A stretch of 42,178 nt of DNA from Octopus sinensis. Taxonomy: Eukaryota. The notes beneath the pieces were generated by a model, which was not told the DNA's origin, searched no databases, and saw nothing but the letters and a program-made list of their open reading frames with translations. Location: the NCBI RefSeq assembly GCF_006345805.1, contig NW_021835209.1, positions 1 through 42,178 of the forward strand, written 5' to 3'. Positions 36,381 to 42,178 of this stretch are shown in pieces. A program made the translations under genes and the position numbers. Each line of letters starts with the position of its first letter. Position 1 is the first letter of the stretch.

Positions 36381-36518
36381 GCATGTATATATGTGCGAAC
36401 GTATATACGTATGTGTGTATGTATGCGTATGTATTCATGTATGGGTAGATGGATGGATGCTTGAATGCTTGTATGTATGTGCACATACATTAGCACTATA
36501 TATTTATATACACTTAAA

Positions 36519-37050
36519 GGCGGCGAGTTGGCAGAAACGTTAGCGCACCGGGCAAAATGCTTAGCGGTATTTCGTCTGTCGTTACGTTCTGAGTTCAAAT
36601 TCCACCGAGGTCGACTTTGCCTTTCATCCTTTCGGGGTCGATAAATAAAGTACCAGTTTCGCACTGGGGTCGATGTAATCGTCTTAATCCGTTCCTCTGT
36701 CCTTGTTTGTCCTCTCTGTGTTTTGCCCCTTGTGGGTAGTAAAGAAATAGGTATTTCGTCTGTCGTTACGTTCTGAGTTCAAATTCCGCGAGGTCGACTT
36801 TGCCTTTCATCCTTTCGGGGTCGATAAATATAGTACCAGTTTCGTACTGGGGCGGATGCAATCGACTTAATCCGTTTGCCTGTCCTTTTTTGTCCCCTTT
36901 GTGTGTAGCTTCTTGTGGATAGTAAAGAAATAGGTATTTTGAAATTCCGCGAGGTCGACTTTGCCTTTCATCCTTCGGGGTTGATAAATATATTACCAGT
37001 TTCCCTGTCCTTGTTTGTTCCCTTTGTGTGTAGCTTCTTGTGGATAGTAA
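36519..37050 (+). mobile_element. family B SINE, full head plus about 2.6 tandem 184-bp body units
   Basis: ggcggcgagttggcagaaacgttagc head; ggtatttcgtc/ggtatttt at 36566, 36750 and 36933. Confidence 0.9.
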
Positions 37051-37085
37051 AAAAATATATATATTTATATACACATATTCATATA

Positions 37086-37159
37086 CATCTATTTCCTGGA
37101 CCATGGTTTCAAGCTCTCTTCAGCAAATGAGCTTGAAACCATGGTCCAGGAAATAGATG
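37086..37159. other. perfect inverted repeat, 31-bp arms, 12-nt spacer
   Basis: catctatttcctggaccatggtttcaagctc TCTTCAGCAAAT gagcttgaaaccatggtccaggaaatagatg. Confidence 0.97.
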
Positions 37160-37769
37160 GTAAAGGATTTTATTTTTCATTCCCTTTCGAAATTACCCCT
37201 AATATTGGTTTGGATTTTAACTACTCCTTCTAGCGGGTTAGATGTCCTATTATGGCCAGCCCTTATGTGTTTAAATGTACACTGTATTTATATTCACGCA
37301 TATATGCAGATATGTGCATTTATATTGGATGGATGGATGAATGAATAAAAATTTTTTTAGCAATCTTTCTAGGACATACATCATTTCTCGGTGATATATA
37401 AACAAGGCAGTTTCGTAGCTAACTGATTTATGTGGCATCAAGTCATGATATCATTAACTACTGCATACATTGTTTTTCTAAGAGGCTGTTTTTAGTTCAA
37501 CAGTGTCCGTTGAGGTGAATAATCACTGAGACATTTCGACGCCATGAGAAGTAACTTGCGTTATTTTTTCTATATTATTCTTATGCAGTATATCTACGCC
37601 ATTTTGTCTCGTTTGTTTAATAAGCATAGACACAGAACCATAACATCATTTCGTGGTTTAGTCGTTGAGCACTTTGTGCGAATGAATATCTTGATTATAT
37701 GAACCTAAAATTGCGTTTCTAAGAGACATATGCGTCTAGCTGCTATACATGTGTTCGTGTACGAACACA

Positions 37770-37905
37770 CATTCCTATATACATATATGCCACACACACG
37801 CACGCATACACACACATACACAAATATATATGTGTGTGTCTGTGTGTGTGTGTTACACATTTACTCTTTTACTCTTTTCAGCGATGCGGCTATGGTCATG
37901 CTGGT

Positions 37906-37986
<81 letters not shown>

Positions 37987-38169
37987 CGCACACATACGCG
38001 CACACATACAAATATATATATATACATACATATACACGCACACATACAATATATATATATTTGTGTTATGTGTTTGTGTGTGTATTACTCATTTACTCTT
38101 TTACTCTTTTACTCGTTTCAGCACCACCGTGGTCTTTCTGATTTCCTCAGTCTGGGGTGTTTCACACAC

Positions 38170-38207
<38 letters not shown>

Positions 38208-38224
38208 TATATATATTTTATATA

Positions 38225-38257
<33 letters not shown>

Positions 38258-38402
38258 CATACGCACACATACAAGGATACATATATATTATATCTATGTT
38301 TGTCTGTGAGTGTATGTATATATGTGTAAGCGTGTGCGGACACATTCACACATACACATACGTATATATATCTATACTATATCATATTATGCATGCACAC
38401 AT

Positions 38403-38439
<37 letters not shown>

Positions 38440-38540
38440 TGCGTATACAGACGTTCACGCAGGTATACACATAAATACACAGACACACACAGACAGAGAG
38501 ACACACACACATACAAAACACACACACACACACACATGCT
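37770..38540. repeat. CA/TA microsatellite region with two family A SINE tail remnants (about 37861 and 38090)
   Basis: ttactcttttactc...tcagc motifs between dinucleotide runs. Confidence 0.8.
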
Positions 38541-39160
38541 CATGCACATACCTTGTCTCAGTCAACATTCCTCTGTCTTCTGCTCGCACGAGACAATAAT
38601 CACCCAGTAATACTTCGGCAAAGCTGATTCATTCCATTTCAAGTAATTTAATAAGATTCTTTAATACGAAATTGATTAAATGTTATGGCAGAACAATGCT
38701 CAGGACTGTGTCCAGGGCAATGTTAGTCCACCAATCGAAATGACCAACTAGATTGGCTTTTGGAGTGGCTAAACTTGTTAACAGTAAAATCCCCAGGTCA
38801 GCTTCCATTGTAATCGCCCTGTGTCATAGACCTTCAAGCTGTGAGTACGATTTCTTTTCGTTAGACATAAATTATCTACGGCTACTTTATTAACTGTGTA
38901 CATCAGTGTGGTTATTTTAACCCCCGGTCAGCTCAGTTTGAGGTGATATATGATCACAGCCGTTCAAGCTATGACATCATGTCTTTTATATAGACAGTTC
39001 GTACTTGGAACTACGTTGGGTAAAGTCTACCCCAGTGTTGTTGTTTAGTCACTCATCGGCCCAAATTCACAATACTTATGATAAAAGTCGTCTAAGTTGT
39101 GATCGCCATGTCTATTGTGTAAACGTAGTGTATATAGAACTACGTTACCTAATGTCTAGT

Positions 39161-39540
39161 GAAGGCACATGGCTCAGTAGTCAGAGCATCGGTCTCACAA
39201 CCATGAGGTTGTGAGATCGATTCCCGGACCGGGCAGTGTATTGTGTTCTTGAGCTCCAGTTCACTCAGTTGTAGAAATGAGTTGCGACGCCACTGGTGCC
39301 AAGTTGTTTCATTTCTACAACTGAGTGAACTGGAGCTCAAGAACACAATACACTGCCCGGTCCGGGAATCGATCTCACAACCTCTTTGCCTTTCCGTTGG
39401 ATTACATCGGTGGCGTGGAAAGAGGAAGCTGGTATGCATGATTGACGGCTGATCTTCAATAAAACAACCTTGCCTGGACTTGTCCTCGGAGGGCAACTTT
39501 CTAGGTGCAATCCCATGGTCATTCATGACCGAAGGGTTTC
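39161..39540 (+). mobile_element. tRNA-derived CORE-like SINE (family F) carrying a 76-bp inverted duplication
   Basis: gaaggcacatggctcagtagtcagagcatcgg...gagatcgattcccgg head; ttgtgttcttgag..ctccagttcactcagttgtagaaatgag is related to the 16756 copy. Confidence 0.85.
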
Positions 39541-39904
39541 TATTTACTTTATCTAATGCCTACTGTAATATTATTGTTTAGCTCCTGATCAATCCAATTT
39601 AGAAGATATTTGGTCAATATTGTCTATTGCATAGACTTAGTGCATTTATCACAATATCATTTAATGTATCAGTTCTTGTTGATTTTTAGCCCCAGGACAA
39701 AATTTTCTCAGCTGGAGTATGATCAGAGATACTCCGGTCATTATCTTCCCATGTTTTATTCCGATGTGGTGTAGCTAGAATTCTATTACCTAGTGCAACA
39801 TTCCCTAATACTGTTTACGTCCATGGATATCCTGATTGAGCTTATCTATGAGAAAAGGTGTTTCAGCCATGATTCTCCAATGTTATACTGAAACATTAAT
39901 GCAC

Positions 39905-40000
39905 CAAAAATTGCATAATTTAATCCGTCTTCCCTTTTAAAACGGTAGAGCGTGCTCTGAGGGGGATTTGTCTGCTATTTATAGCAACTCGAATGACCAA
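39905..40000 (-). mobile_element. family E repeat fragment
   Basis: Reverse complement ggtcattcgagttgctataaatagcagacaaatccccctcagagcac resembles gacctgctagaaataagaaccgattccctctcag of the 41.6-kb units. Confidence 0.5.
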
Positions 40001-40244
40001 TTCACTTGCTCTTTTATATTGCCATCACCATGCGAAGTATATAGTTAACGCACAGACAAACTGCGGATGACTGTGTTTTCGGATTTGCGTCTTCTTCATT
40101 CCCACGTAGTCATTGGTACGATCACTAGGTCACTGTTTACTAATACATATATATGCGTGTGCGTGTGTGTGTGTGTGTGTGAGTGTGCCTGTGATTGTAT
40201 GTATGTATATATATATATCTATATATATATATCTATATATCTAT

Positions 40245-40296
<52 letters not shown>

Positions 40297-40297
<1 letters not shown>

Positions 40298-40510
40298 GGT
40301 GTAGGAGTGGCTATGTCGTAGTAGCCTGCTTACGAACCACATGGTTCCGGGTTCAGTCCCACAACGTGGCACCTTGGGCAAGTGTCTTCTACTATAGCCT
40401 CGGGCCGACCAAAGCCTTGTGAGTGGACTTGGTAGACAGAAACTGAAAGAAGCCCGTCGTTTATATGTATATATAAATATGTGTATATATATATATGTGT
40501 GTGTGTTGTG

Positions 40511-40541
<31 letters not shown>

Positions 40542-40698
40542 CTGTGCTTGTCCCCCAACATCGCTTGGTGTGTTTACGTCCCCGTTACCTAGCGGTTCGG
40601 CAAAAGTGAACGATAGAATAAGTAATAGGCTTACAAAGAATAAGTCCTGGGGTCGATTTGCTCAAATGACTGAAACAAGTAAAAGAGAGTAAAAGAGT
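40297..40698 (+). mobile_element. family A SINE, full length
   Basis: aggtgtaggagtggctatgtcgtag...ggttccgggttcagtccc...gtcaaatgactgaaacaagtaaaagagagtaaaagagt (3' part with an internal deletion). Confidence 0.9.
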
Positions 40699-41029
40699 AT
40701 ATATATAGCCGCGTAGAGCTTGAAACCTTGATTACCCAGGTACTTACTGGCAGCTATTTCTAGTAGGTTGTATGTGGTCGCTCGACTGACTGAATACGGC
40801 AGCCCGTTTCATTCGAATCACACAATACTGTCTAATATACGACGTAGATACGTTAACTAAGTTTATTTAAATTAAGTAATCCCCGAGAAAAATGTTGTGT
40901 GTTAACAACAAACAAGATGAGGACAAATATCCGTCAAATGTAAATAATGTAAATCATGTAAATAATGTACACAATTTCTCATCTCTTAAATATAGAACTG
41001 TATTGAAATCGTAGATTTCGTAGATTTTC

Positions 41030-41490
41030 TTCTATTCTTTTATTCTTTACTTTTACTTTTACTTGTTTCAGCCATTTGACAGCGACCATGCTGGAGCACC
41101 GCCTTGGCAGGTTTTAGTCGAAGAAGTCGACCACAGAGCTTATTTTTTGTAAAGCCAAAGTACTTACTCTATCGGTGTCTTTTGCCGAACCGCTTTGCTA
41201 CGGGGACGCCAACACCGGTCAAGCTGTGAAGGGGGAACAAACCCTGACACAAACACACACATACATAGCTTTATACATACACACATACATACATACACAC
41301 ATACATACATACATACATACATACATACATAAATACACACATAAATATATATATATACGGCGGGTTTCTTTCAGTTTCCGTCTACTAAATCCACTCACAA
41401 GACTTTAGTCGGCCCGAGGCTATAGTAGAAGTTACTTGCCCTAGGTGTAACGCAGTGGGACTGAACTTGGAACCATGTGGTCGGGAAGTA
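41030..41490 (-). mobile_element. family A SINE, near full length
   Basis: Collinear with 3936-4349. Confidence 0.88.
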
Positions 41491-41589
41491 CTATTTAGAT
41501 AAAATATTGGATGGTCACGACTGGGACGTCTTTCATTAAAGATCTGCTGGATTATATCTGATATCAGTGTCATTAACCGAAATAACAAC

Positions 41590-42153
41590 AATAATAACAA
41601 AATCTGTAGGAGCCACTGATGTATTTGCTTGACCTGCTAGAAATAAGAACCGATTCCCTCTCAGATCCCACCCAGCAGGTTCAGAAGAAATGTAAAACGT
41701 GTAAATACTTAAGCCATGATAATGTAATCGTGGATGGTCACGGATGGAACGCCTTAGAGTATAGGTCTACTCTAAACAGCAATAATAACAAAATCTGTAG
41801 GAGCCACTGATGTATTTGCTTGACCTGCTAGAAATAAGAACCGATTCCCTCTCAGATCCCACCCAGCAGTTCAGAAGAAATGTAAAACGTGTAAATACTT
41901 AAGCCATGATAATGTAATCGTGGATGGTCACGGATGGAACGCCTTAGAGTATAGGTCTACTCTAAACAGCAATAATAACAAAATCTGTACGAGCCACTGA
42001 TGTATTTGCTTGACCTGCTAGAAATAAGAACCGATTCCCTCTCAGATCCCACCCAGCAGGTTCAGAAGAAATACAAAACGTGTAAATACTTAAGCCATGA
42101 AAATGTAATCGTGGATGGTCACGGATGGAACGCCTTAGAGTATAGGTCTACTC
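41590..42153 (+). repeat. three near-identical tandem 190-191 bp units (family E derived)
   Basis: aatctgta at 41601, 41792 and 41982. Confidence 0.95.
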
Positions 42154-42178
42154 TACTCTTCTCAGTCCGAATTGGCTT

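Noticed and set aside
39190-39215. TCTCACAACC-ATGA-GGTTGTGAGA hairpin
   Set aside because: Corresponds to the anticodon-arm region of the SINE's tRNA-like head, not a separate feature

Overview
Eukaryotic, AT-rich, extremely repeat-dense DNA. The SINE families and microsatellite load match, from recall, an Octopus (coleoid cephalopod) genome, probably intronic or intergenic; this is not database-verified. No host protein-coding gene can be called with confidence, and almost all ORFs in the track are translations of simple repeats. Supported content: (1) a near-complete degenerate mariner element (14981-16177; TIRs, TA target duplication, WVPHEL and YSPDL motifs); (2) the 3' part of a piggyBac transposase on the minus strand; (3) many tRNA-derived SINE copies of several families; (4) a Helitron-like non-autonomous element; (5) a Penelope-type repeat with a hammerhead-ribozyme-like motif; (6) very extensive di-, tri- and tetranucleotide repeats. 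Most unusual structures: a roughly 1.75 kb head-to-tail array of about 15 SINE tRNA-like heads (111 bp unit, no Pol III terminator); a roughly 1.75 kb GA-rich minisatellite whose unit core is a heat-shock-element/STAT-like motif, with internal inversions; and three perfect fold-back inverted duplications (21, 31 and 76 bp arms) within 6.5 kb.
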